Shown here: positions 42,011-52,382 of the stretch, in pieces
Numbering within the stretch: the stretch's first letter is position 1
How the letters are laid out: every line of letters starts with the position of its first letter
NCBI GenBank assembly: GCA_963752595.1
Contig: CAVVYZ010000009.1
Location: 160,001-224,000 of the forward strand
Length of the DNA stretch: 64,000 nt
Direction of reading: 5' to 3'
DNA from: an uncultured delta proteobacterium
GTDB lineage: Bacteria; Desulfobacterota; Desulfomonilia; UBA1062
The notes under the pieces: generated by a model
What the model was told of the DNA's origin: nothing
Database searches by the model: none
What the model saw: only the letters and a program-made list of their open reading frames with translations
Position numbers and translations under genes: made by a program

Positions 42011-43150
42011 CTATTCGTGACAAACCGCTAAAGCTTCTTCATCAGACACAGGAAGATTAGGGTCAACTTTTGCATTCAGCCAGCGGAGCATTCCAAGATT
42101 GCGGATAGTGGAGGCTACGCTCTTTGATTCGAGTGGAGGGCGGCGCCTCTGCTTCCAATCCATGACCGCATCTAAAATATCCTTTTCAGTAAATGATTCT
42201 TTCTGTTTCTCGGTAAGCTCATGTGCAGCGAACAGAACTGTGGCAATTACTTCAGCCTGATTGGTATTGACCCTCATGAACAAATCAGATGTCTTATCAA
42301 TAAGTTCGGACCATCGTTCAAATGACGACTCATACTTATGTCTGATCCTGCTGAAGTTGGGGCCGGGCTTAACCATGAACATCTTCCCGAGTTGTTCTTC
42401 CTGAAGGAGATTGGCATTGATCAGCCTTGTTTCAACCCCCTTCAAGTCCTTAGAGAAAGGACCATAACTACTCCGCTGATACTGCAGACCTGTGGGCAAG
42501 CCTTCATTGGTGGCGATATATGCGATCTTCTGAAAAATCGTTCTTCCAATAGGCCAATGATAAGGATGCTGTTCTATACGATGAACAATCTCCACAAGAG
42601 CTATCCAGGCCGGATTGAAAGAGGGTGTTTCTGGTTTGGAAACCTGACCGTTGTTATTTTCCATCCCTTTTTCAAGGAACTCAATAGACAGCTCTTTAGG
42701 GCTGGCTCCATAGGGTGCGTACATTTCGACAGGTATTGTCATCTGCTTCGCATACTTGTAAATCAAAGGACCGACTGTCTTCCACTCCAACTGACCGTTC
42801 CCGCAGCCCAAAGGAGGAATTGCCAAGGATGTAACTCCCCATTCCTTATACTTTGCGAGAAGCACTTTTAGCCCGTGTTCGACATCTTCTATTCGGGAAA
42901 TGGACTTCCAGTGGTCTTTAGTCGGAAAGTTTATGATCTGGGGAGGAAAGAGCGACTTGTATAGATAGGGGACCCCCGGCTTTACTTCATGTCGTTCACA
43001 ACGTCGAACGTAGTCTTTAAACATATCAGGAAAGTGTTTCTTGAATTCCAAGGCGATCCCTTTGCCCATAACCCCGACGCAATTCACGGTGTTGATCAAG
43101 GTCTGGGCCTTGGACTGGAACATATCTCCGACAAGGATCTTCATATCCAC
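42011..43150 (-). CDS. darG: macrodomain antitoxin (DNA ADP-ribosyl glycohydrolase)
   Basis: GDMF.S.AQTL.NTVNCVGVMGKGIALEFK, INFPTK.HW, SLAIPPLGCGNGQL.W, C-terminal YGPFS domain; downstream of darT. Confidence 0.9.
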   Translation of the reverse strand: MDMKILVGDMFQSKAQTLINTVNCVGVMGKGIALEFKKHFPDMFKDYVRRCERHEVKPGVPYLYKSLFPPQIINFPTKDHWKSISRIEDVEHGLKVLLAKYKEWGVTSLAIPPLGCGNGQLEWKTVGPLIYKYAKQMTIPVEMYAPYGASPKELSIEFLEKGMENNNGQVSKPETPSFNPAWIALVEIVHRIEQHPYHWPIGRTIFQKIAYIATNEGLPTGLQYQRSSYGPFSKDLKGVETRLINANLLQEEQLGKMFMVKPGPNFSRIRHKYESSFERWSELIDKTSDLFMRVNTNQAEVIATVLFAAHELTEKQKESFTEKDILDAVMDWKQRRRPPLESKSVASTIRNLGMLRWLNAKVDPNLPVSDEEALAVCHE

Positions 43151-43153
43151 TCC

Positions 43154-43743
43154 TTAAAAAAACATACCATTTTTCTTGATAACCGGCAATCGAACATTGA
43201 ACGACTGAACGGCTTGTAATGCCGTTTCATTAGCCACGCATATCCCTATTATATAGTGCGGATCAACTCTATCCGGGACAAGAACCTCTGCACACTTTAT
43301 TGACTTATGCCTCCATTCCTCAATAGTATCATCCGGATGTCTCCAAGATCTTGCAAAAACCATCTCTTCATCTATTGCTTCGATCCCTTTATCCACCGGA
43401 TAAAAGCGTACATAGTCACTCGATGCGTTCCGATCAGCAATAATAACATCCGAGATATCAAGGATACCTGTACTGATTCGGAGAACACATATTTTATCAT
43501 TCTTATCACGGCATGCACTGAGCATGGGGTTATGTGCATCAAAGTAAAAATTGGCATATTCATGTAAGTGACGCGCGCCTGGTACTTTCTTGTTACGGCG
43601 TCTGTCTTGAATTACCTCCATGGCAATTGAGATATGCTCTATTTGAGAAGCGCGTTTATTTGAGAGAATCCCATATTCCATTATCGACGGGATATTCTCA
43701 ATTGCAGTTATATAGTGAAGTTCAACATATCGGATCGATTCAT
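43154..43743 (-). CDS. darT: DNA ADP-ribosyltransferase toxin (DUF4433); 1-nt frameshift near codon 6
   Basis: ELHYITAIENIPSI..GILS, LHEYANFYF..HNPML, DRNASS, AEVLV catalytic Glu; ATG at 43743 is out of frame with the body. Confidence 0.88.
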
Positions 43744-43767
43744 ATCATTCATCTACCTACTTCACAT

Positions 43768-44853
43768 TTACTTATCCCAATTGGTAAATTTTGTTTTGAG
43801 TCGTTCGATAGTGTGACGCCATTTGGGCGTTGTCGGCTGGCAAACGGTGTTCTGGTTTCCGAAGAGCCCCACTTCATTCATGGCCTTTGTTTCCGGGACA
43901 GTATCAAGCCATTGAACACGTACAAAATGCTCGGCCTTTTCCGGATCCTCGGCATTCGCTTTCAGGCGGTCGATATACTTTGTAAGCACGTCAAGGCATG
44001 CCCGTTCGCCTTCTGGTGTCTGTACTTTGAAATCATTCACTGTCTGAACCGTTTCCGTGACGCGGCCTACCCCGACATAGCCGGTCTTGGGGATTTTCAC
44101 CCATACGCGATCACCCGGGGACAGCAGCTTCAGTGTCTGAGTATACCAGGTTCCGCCGCCTGCACTTATGAAACCGTACTTGCGGGCTTCTTCCCAGGAA
44201 CAATCACCGCCGAAAGAAACATAGTATTCACCGTTCCAGGGTTCTTTTTCCCCTGTAACCTTCCCTGTCACTGCATTGGCTTGAGTCTCACCCGGATCGA
44301 TCAGCCAGGCACGGCTGAGAAGCTTTGTGCCGTTGTGTTGAAAAACCTGGAAAAAGATTACATTGATGGCGATGTTGCGTGCGTTCAGGTATCCGATGAT
44401 GCGCTCGGTCGAATCATCCAGGGCTGACGCCACCAGGATGATCTGGTGCGATTGATTCAGGGATTCCTCGTCCAAGTCCGCGCCAAAGTGCTTTTTAAAG
44501 TCTTCGCTCAGATTTCCATCCTTGGAAAAGCGCTGGTATATCCGGACGATTTTCTCAGAGGTCAACTGCTCTACCCATGAGGCATAATCCAGTGCCTGGG
44601 CCACGATTTCCCGAGGCGTCCGATTTCGTTTCAGTTCGACCAGGACGAGCGATGCATCCGGAGCGATGGCGAGCAGATCGATACGTCCGCCATAGCTCGT
44701 GGATTCCTGCCTGCCGATGAGCATCCATTCGCTGGAAAGAATTTGTGGGGCCCTTATTATCATCTCCTCCAACTGCTGCTCGCTGTCCAGGGTTGTTGTA
44801 TCGAGGGGTGTTGGGTTCTCCGTAATTTTCCAGATTGCATGTTTTATTGGCAT
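43768..44853 (-). CDS. NucS/DUF91-like PD-(D/E)XK endonuclease with an extra C-terminal domain
   Basis: E..LE..I, IGRQ, GRIDLLAI....LVLVELKR, AQALDYASW. Confidence 0.8.
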   Translation of the reverse strand: MPIKHAIWKITENPTPLDTTTLDSEQQLEEMIIRAPQILSSEWMLIGRQESTSYGGRIDLLAIAPDASLVLVELKRNRTPREIVAQALDYASWVEQLTSEKIVRIYQRFSKDGNLSEDFKKHFGADLDEESLNQSHQIILVASALDDSTERIIGYLNARNIAINVIFFQVFQHNGTKLLSRAWLIDPGETQANAVTGKVTGEKEPWNGEYYVSFGGDCSWEEARKYGFISAGGGTWYTQTLKLLSPGDRVWVKIPKTGYVGVGRVTETVQTVNDFKVQTPEGERACLDVLTKYIDRLKANAEDPEKAEHFVRVQWLDTVPETKAMNEVGLFGNQNTVCQPTTPKWRHTIERLKTKFTNWDK

Positions 44854-44856
44854 GCG

Positions 44857-46370
44857 TCAGTCCTTTCCCGGGAGTTTGCTGCTTCCCAGTCTTGCAGCGA
44901 TCTTGGTGAACTGCTCCAGCGCGGTCTCCAGATCGTCGGCGATCTCGGTGGCCAGGACGTCGGGGGCGGGAGCGAATCGGTGTCGGTCAGGCTCTTGTCC
45001 TTGATCCAGAACAGGTCGAGGCTCAGCTTGTCGCGCTTGAGCAGGTCGTCGTAGTCGTAGCAGCGCCAGCGGCCCTCCGGGTTCTCCTCGCTCCAGGTGG
45101 GCTTGCGTTCGTGTATGCGCGCCCGGCTTGTAGCAGGCGACGAACTCGTCGAAGTCCTTCCGCTGGATGGGCGACTGCTTGAGGGTGAAGTGCAGGTTGG
45201 TGCGCAGGTCATAGACCCAGAGCTTGTCGGTCCACGCCTCGGCCCGGCCCTCCTTCTTGTCGAAGAAGATCACGTTGGCCTTCACGCCGGGCGAATACCA
45301 GATGCCGGTGGGCAGCCGCAGCAGGGTGTGGACGCGGCACTTCTGCAGCAGGTTCCGCCGCACCTTCTCGCCCGCGCCGCCCTCGAAGAGCACGTTGTCC
45401 GGCACCACCACGGCGGCGCGGCCGTCGATCTTGAGCAGCGAATAGATGTGCTGCACGAAGTTGAGCTGCTTGTTGCTGGTGGAGGTCCAGAAATCCTCGC
45501 GGAACGACAACCTGGTCGTCCTTCTCCGTGTCGCCTTCCTCGTTCACGAAGAGCAGGCTCTGCTTCTTGCCGAAGGGCGGATTGGCCAGAACCATCGTAG
45601 TATTCGCTGCTCCACGGCGCGGCCAGGCTGTCGTGCCCGGCGTGGACCACCACCTTGTCGCCGCCGATGCCGTGCAGGTAGAGGTTCATCGCGCACATGC
45701 GGCCGACCTTGGGCGAGAGCTCCATGCCCTCGACCAGCTCCTCGCTGCAGCGCCCGCTTCTCGTCGCGGTCGAGATCCTTGTCGTAGCGATCCAGCACGT
45801 AGTTGTAGGCGTTGCAGAGGAAGCCGCCCGTGCCCGCCGCCGGGTCGCAGATGCGGTCCTGCCGGCGTCGGCTGCATCACCTCGCAGATCGCCTGGATGA
45901 CGGGCGCGGGTGTGAAGTACTGGCCCGCGCCGCGTGATGGATTCCTGGCGCCGAGCGCTGAGAGCAGTTCTTCGTAGATCGTGCCCTTCACGTCCACCGG
46001 CAGGCTGAGCCAGTCCACCTTGTCGATCAGGTTGACGATGAGCTGCTTCAGCAGCGCCGGGTTGTGGATCTCGCAGCGGGCGCCCTTGAAGATGACGCCC
46101 AGCATGCCGGGCTTGAGGCCGAGCTTTTCGAGGATCTCGCGGTACTTGTCCTCCAGCGCCGCGCCGTCGAGCGGCAGCAGGGCCTTCCAGCCAAGCTCCG
46201 GCGGCACGATGGGCTGGCTTGTTGTAGGGCGGCTCGGTGAGCTGGTCCGCCATCTTGAGGAAGAGCAGCAGCGTGAGCTGCTCCACGTATTCGAAGCAGC
46301 AGAGGCCGGCGTCCTGCAGGACGCCGGCGTAGCTCCATGCCCGTTTGCCGATCTGGGATGCGTCCATCAT
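44857..46370 (-). CDS. hsdM: type I restriction-modification methyltransferase subunit; multiple frameshifts
   Basis: YVEQLT.LLFLKM, GAGQYFTP, DPA.GTGGFL, LANPPFGKK, AAVVVPDNVLFEGG, LRLPTGI across frames. Confidence 0.92.
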
Positions 46371-46455
46371 GTATCCTTTGCTTTCTTTTTCGTCGACTGC
46401 GTCCGGCGCGGGTCGTTCCATTGGCCTTTCTGTCCGCCTTCTGTTGCTGCGTGCC

Positions 46456-47981
46456 TCACGGGCGCGCTGCTTCGCGTTCGGCGGCGATGCGTTTCAAGAG
46501 TTCGGAGGCGGGTTCGTCGTTCGGGTCCTGTGGCACGAGCTTGCCGGTGAAGGCGTGGCGCAGGATGGATTGGCGCAGCGCCTGGGCGCTCTTCAGCTTG
46601 GCGTCGAGGTCGGCTTCGAGGTGGTCGATGACGGAGAGCTGGTCTTCGACGGCTTCGACGATGGCTTCTTGTTCTGCAAATGGAGGCAATGGGATCGAGC
46701 AGATTTCACATACCTTGCGAAACTTCGAGCATAGAGTCGACTAGTTGCCTGTAGCTTTCGTGCACGAAAGCTGCTGACGCACAAGAGCAGCGTCGATAAT
46801 AGCCGATATTGGATACCAGTTCGCAATCGCACTAAAAGATCGATAATGGCAATCGCATACTGTGTATCCACTCGGATAGAAGTTGCGGTACGAGCATTCC
46901 TTGACCAATACAGATGCTCCTACCAGCTCACAGTACTTTGAGCGTGATAAAGAATGATCACCGGCCTTGAGGTTCGTGTCTCGAGGACAACTTCTGTTCG
47001 TTCTGGCAGATGCGTTACTCTGCCATCGTCAAGCTTCCCCATGACATATGCACGTAACCTTAATGACTGCGCACGTCACTCGAATTTGCTGACTCGGTTC
47101 ACGGCGTGAGTGACTTCCGTTCAGTACCATGTAACAAGCTGTTCGATTCGTAACCCAGCACCACCCCTTCGGCAGCGGCGGCAGGTTAGTGCGTATCAGG
47201 GGCGACTGGTTCCTTGTATTTCGCCTTCCAGTTCTTTGGCGGCTCCTGGCCCTTCTCCTTGAACTTGCGGAGTTGGTCTTCCTCCCAGCGGCGGCGGCGT
47301 TCGGCGAGGATGCGCTTGAGCAGTCGGAGGCGGGCTCGGTGTGCGGATGCTGCTGCCGCCATTCGGCGGTGAGCGTCGCCTTCCACCGCCGCCTTAAGCA
47401 CCGAGGCGCGGTAGAGCTTGAGCTTCGTCCCGCACCCGCTCCAACGCCGCCACCCCCGCGTCGAGATCGGAGAACAGTTCGTCGAGGGCATCGGCAATAC
47501 GTTCCTGCTCGTTGCAGCGGAGGAAGCAAGGTCTGAAATGCCTTGAGCCTGGTCGAAATCGACTCGCGGTCGGTCGCCCGTATTGATGGCGCCTGGCGAA
47601 GCTGTAACGCAAGTCCGGCGGTTGAGGCGATACTTCAGAAACGCTGCCAGAATTACCGATGACTCCGGCAACACAATGAACTCTCCCGAGCACAAGCCTG
47701 TGAAGTCAGGCTGGTACACCTTGTTCCAAATATGCGACCGTAAACGGCCATAGAGCACGTCGCCAGGCGAAACAGACATTCGCGCCACTCTTCATCGATC
47801 CGCACGGTACGCGTTCCGAGGAGTCGCATCGTATGCGGCTTCAATCTGTTCCATCCCGATAAACTTGGCATCACGGTGTCGCCTGCGGATCAGCTTTTCC
47901 ACTGCGCGGTTCAGTTACGATATCAGCGAGAGTCGTAGCAGCCCACCCTGGTGGAAGTGATCTCTATCGTTGTTCGCTCAC
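46456..47981 (-). CDS. hsdS: type I RM specificity subunit; multiple frameshifts
   Basis: LPPGW, PPL.EQ.RI, EPAS.LL.RI twice, LRQSIL..AFTGKLVPQDP.DEPAS; two lower-GC TRD segments. Confidence 0.88.
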
Positions 47982-50840
47982 GCTGCCAGCCTCTCATTCA
48001 GTCTCCGCCATCAGCGGCTTGAGCTTGTCGCCGAAGAGAGCATGGGCCTGGCCCAGGCTGCCGTGCTGGCCGAACCAGCCGTCCTCGAAGTCCTCCGGCT
48101 CGATGGCGAGGCTGGTGGCGATGTGTTCGGCCATGCGGTCGAGCCATTCGCGCTGCTCGGGGGTGAAGCGTGCTGGCCGCGTCGCGTTCCTGCGAGCCAG
48201 GCGTCGATAGCGCTCCCGCACTTCCTCGCGCGTAGGGCACAAGGGTGAAAGACGGGCATGAGGGCGTGGCGGACCAGGGTGACAAGGTCGGTCAGCTGCT
48301 CGCCGCCGGTGCCCTTGACCTTGTCCGCTCTCCACGGCCTGGAAGGCGCGCCAGAGCTGCGTGGGCGTGGCGGCGAGCGGCGGGCGTGGCCAGGGCGTCT
48401 CTCAATTGCCGAAGATCCTTGAGCGAGAGCTTGAGCGGCCTGCGTGCCGGCGTAGAGCACCTGCAGGGCGGTGAGTTCGTCCTTGTGGCCGTCGATCCAG
48501 GCGCGGAAGTCCTTGACCTTGGCCTGGGCCTTGTCCACCGCCGCGGCGTCGAAGCCGGCGTAGAGCACGTCGTCGATGGTGTGGCGGTCGATGGTCTGCT
48601 CGTTCTGCTGCGCGGATTTCGAGGATGCGGCGGCGGAACGCGGCCTTGAGGAAGGGCGTGACGGCGTCCTGCGCGAGTTGCTCGGCGGCTTGCTTGATCT
48701 GCGTCCTCGGTCGGCTCGCCGGTGACGCCGAACAGTTTCTTCGCGGCGTCGATCTGCGCGTCCGGGTCGCAGGCGTTCAAAGGTCGTGCGCGAGGTCGGG
48801 GAAGGACTTGCCGCCGGCGAGGTCCCGCAGTTCGGCGAGCTGATCCGGGCTGAACTCGCGCTGCAGCCGGGCGAGGCGGCCGGCCAGCGTGGTGAGCGCA
48901 TCGGGGTCGGTGCCGCCCTGGGCGACGTATTCGAGCAGCTCTTCCAGCGTGGCGGAGGGCTTGCGGTTGAGCGTGTGGGAGTCGGTCTTGTCCTGCTCGC
49001 AGACGCCCACGGCATCCACGATGATGAAGCGGTCCTTGGCCTTGGCGCTGGGCGTGACGACCTCGCAGCTTGTCCGGCGAGATGACGCGCACGCCGCGGC
49101 CCTTCATCTGCTCGAAGAAGCCGGCGGACTTCACGTTGCGCAGGAAGAAGACGCACTCGATGGGCTTCACGTCGGTGCCGGTGGAGATCATGTCCACGGT
49201 GACGGCGATGCGCGGGAAGAAGCTGTTGCGGAAGTTGGCGAGGATTTCGTCGGGCGTGAGGCTGGAGGTCTTCACCCACTCGGTGACCTCGCGACTCGGT
49301 GCCGTCGTCGTTCTTCACCTTCTTCGTGACCTTGGTGAAGCCGGTGCGGTAGGTGATCTTCTGGCAGAAGTCGTTTCCCTCGGCGAACACCTCGCGCACG
49401 ATGCGGACGATGTCGTCGGCGTGGGAGTCGTCCTTGGCGAAGATGAGCGTCTTGGGCACCTCGGTGCGGCCGGGGAAGGCGTCGGGCAGCACCTTGTCGC
49501 GGAACTGCTGGAGGACGGTGCGGATCTGGCTTTCGGAGACGACGTCGCGGTCGAGTTGGTTGGCGGTGTAGGTGAGGTCCTGACTGAGCAGTTCGAGCCG
49601 CTCGGCGCGGGTGAGCTTGTGGCGCTTGTCCACATAGACGCCGGTGTCGCCGGCGACGATGGTGGCGCCCTGCTCGGTGATGCGGGTGCGGATGCGGTAA
49701 ACGTCGAAGTCCACGTTGACGCCGTCGGTGACGGCCTCGTCGTGGCCGTACTGCATGACGAGGTTCTGATTGAAGAAGCCGATGGTCTTGCCGGCGGGCG
49801 TGGCGGTGAGGCCGATCAGGAAGGCATCGAAGTAGAGCAGCACCTGGCTCCACAGCTCGTAGATGGAGCGGTGGCACTCGTCCACGATGATGAAGTCGAA
49901 GAACTCGGGCGGGATGCCGGCGTTGTAGACCACATCGGGCGGCTCGCCCTGCCACGGCTTGGCGGAATCGAAGGCGGAGCCCTCTTCGTTGCCGGCGTCG
50001 AACTCGGCCTCGCCCTTGAGCATCGAGTAGAGGCGCTGGATGGTGGTGATGACGACCTTGGCGGCGGGGTTGATGGAGTTGGTCTTGAGCCGCTGGACGG
50101 TGTAGAGCGTCGGGAACTTGCGCGGGTCGTCGGGCGGCGTCGAAGTTGGCGAACTCGTCCTCGGTCTGCTTGCCGAGATTGCCGCGGTCCACCAGGAAGA
50201 GGATGCGCTTGGCGCCGGCGAACTTGAGCAGGCGATAGGCGACATTGACGGCGGTGAAGGTCTTGCCGGAGCCGGTCGCCATCTGGATGAGGGCGCGCGG
50301 GTCGGCCTCGGCGAAGGAGTCTTCGAGGTTGCGGATGGCCTGCGCCTGGACTTTCCAGAGGCCGCGCCTCGTCGAGCGGCGGCAGGTGCTTCAGTCGGGC
50401 GCGAAGCTGCGCCGGCTGCGCCAGCCACTCGGCGAGCGTTTCCGGGCGCGGGAAGTTGAAGACCTGCCGGCTGCGCGGCTTCGGGTCGAGGCCGTTGGTG
50501 AAGTAGGTCACGGAGCCGTTGGACTCGAACAGGAACGGCAGCGGGCGTCGGTGTGCGGGCAGGTTGTCGGCAGGCCGGCGGCGTACTTGGCGGACTGCGC
50601 CTCGACGCCCGTGAGCGTGCCCTCGGCCTTGGCCTCGACCGCGCCCACGGCCTTGCGGTCGAGATAGAGCAGGTAGTCGGCGAAGCCGAACCCGGACTTC
50701 ATCGGGAACTCGCGCACAGCGATGCCGCGGCCGGCGGTCAGGTCGAGATCGTCGCGGTCCTGCACGAGCCAGCCGGCCGCCGTCAGGTTCGCGTCGATCT
50801 CGCGTCGGGCTTTCTGTTCAGGGGTTTCATGCCCATACAT
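47978..50840 (-). CDS. hsdR: type I RM restriction subunit (EcoEI/EcoAI-like); multiple frameshifts
   Basis: ADYLL....GAVEAK nuclease motif, MATGSGKT, IVDECHRSIY, GLTATP, TVDMISTGTD, QMKGRG. Confidence 0.93.
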
Positions 50841-51237
50841 AGGTGATGATCCTTCTTTTTGTCACTTGTCTTTAAGGTTCGTGTAAAAGGACAGCACAAA
50901 GAGGATGTTTCTTTTGAATCCAAAATCTCCCCATCTATTCACCATTCCAATCCATTGTCATTTGTTAGTTTTTTCTATTGTAGCACAAATATAACAATCA
51001 GGGGTATAGAGTTCCTTTTTCACTACATGGAAGAGACAATGGTTCTCCCAGTGGGTAGTCTGCGGTCGGCAACTGAGATTATGGATAGGATCAAAAACTG
51101 ATTGTCACAGATAATCATATCTTTGTCACAATTTTATCACAGCAGATAAAAAACAGCGGATCGAATCTCGGGTGACTCAAGGGTAACAGCCTCAAAGAAC
51201 ATATCAGCTGAAACAAACCGGAATAACCCTATAAAGC

Positions 51238-51271
51238 AAAAGGGACCCGGCATCTTCTGCCGGGTCCCTTC
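51238..51271 (-). terminator. intrinsic terminator of the tRNA operon
   Basis: 13-bp stem AAGGGACCCGGCA/TGCCGGGTCCCTT followed by T residues on the minus strand. Confidence 0.85.
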
Positions 51272-51278
51272 TATGAAT

Positions 51279-51354
51279 TGGTGGACCATGTAGGGCTCGA
51301 ACCTACGACCTACTGATTAAGAGTCAGTTGCTCTACCTGTTGAGCTAATGGTCC
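51279..51354 (-). tRNA. tRNA-Lys(CTT)
   Basis: GGACCAT acceptor stem, CT-CTT-AA loop, GGTTCGA, encoded CCA. Confidence 0.96.
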
Positions 51355-51371
51355 ATATACTTACTTCTGAG

Positions 51372-51445
51372 TACGCCCGGGGCGACTCGAACGCCCGGCC
51401 TGCGGATTCGAAGTCCGACGCTCTATCCAACTGAGCTACGGGCGC
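51372..51445 (-). tRNA. tRNA-Arg(TCG)
   Basis: GCGCCCG acceptor, CT-TCG-AA loop, GTTCGAG; CCA not encoded. Confidence 0.95.
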
Positions 51446-51459
51446 ATATATCATAAAAC

Positions 51460-51536
51460 TGGGGTGAGTGAAGGGGATCGAACCCTCGGCCACAGGGGCC
51501 ACAATCCTGCGCTCTACCAACTGAGCTACACTCACC
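51460..51536 (-). tRNA. tRNA-His(GTG)
   Basis: G-1, TT-GTG-GC loop, GGTTCGA, C73 and CCA. Confidence 0.96.
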
Positions 51537-51551
51537 ATAAGATCTGTAGCA

Positions 51552-51625
<74 letters not shown>

Positions 51626-51640
51626 CCAACCGGCCCGCTC

Positions 51641-51718
<78 letters not shown>

Positions 51719-51727
51719 TAGCCGAGC

Positions 51728-51756
51728 CTTATAGCAAAGGGGATATCGCATGGCAA
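51728..51756 (-). promoter_or_regulatory. sigma70 promoter of the tRNA operon
   Basis: TTGCCA-N17-TATAAG with extended TG, 9 nt upstream of tRNA-Pro. Confidence 0.75.
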
Positions 51757-51926
51757 GCACTTTTTCTCCCAGGCCTTCCGATCATTAACTGGTTAAATTA
51801 ATTATCTTAAAAAGTGTTCTCCCCCGGCCTATCTTCCCCACGCCATGAACGGTACCGCAAAAAGGAACGAAATAAAATCAGCCGGGTACCATAATGCAGC
51901 ATATCCTCACGAACCGCCGGGCCCGG

Positions 51927-52382
51927 TCAGGAAAGCGTCTGCCCCTGCCTCACGATCTCATCGTACAGGCTCTCCTCGACTGCCTCCATCTCGTTGGCCT
52001 CTTCATCCGTTCCCCGCTCGTGATCGTATCCAACAAGATGGCAGATTCCATGCACCAGGAGCTGGAGCATCCTCTCTCTGGCCGTCATGCCCGCATCTTC
52101 CGCTTCCTGGCCGGCCTTCTCGATCGATATCACCACGTCCCCGAGGTGATCTCCTGAAGGACCGTCTCCCTCCTGCTGGGGGAAAGAGATCACATTGGTC
52201 GGCCGATCATGATCCAGGTAGGTCCTGTTCAAATCCCGGATCTGATCGTTATCCACGATCACCACCGAGAGCTCCGCGTCCTCGATATCGAGGAGGGAGA
52301 GGGCCTGCATTGCCCACTTCCCGATCGGGAGATCGTCGACAGGAGAATGCTTCTGGAGGTTCTGGACATCAATGACGACCAT
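51927..52382 (-). CDS. ybeY: rRNA maturation RNase
   Basis: LN..Y...[26 protein letters not shown]. Confidence 0.95.
   Translation of the reverse strand: MVVIDVQNLQKHSPVDDLPIGKWAMQALSLLDIEDAELSVVIVDNDQIRDLNRTYLDHDRPTNVISFPQQEGDGPSGDHLGDVVISIEKAGQEAEDAGMTARERMLQLLVHGICHLVGYDHERGTDEEANEMEAVEESLYDEIVRQGQTLS

Larger units (their letters stand above)
41998..51278. mobile_element. tRNA-Lys-integrated defence genomic island without an intact integrase
   Basis: flanked by the tRNA and its direct-repeat copy; cargo is RM, nuclease and TA genes; composition differs from flanks. Confidence 0.8.
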
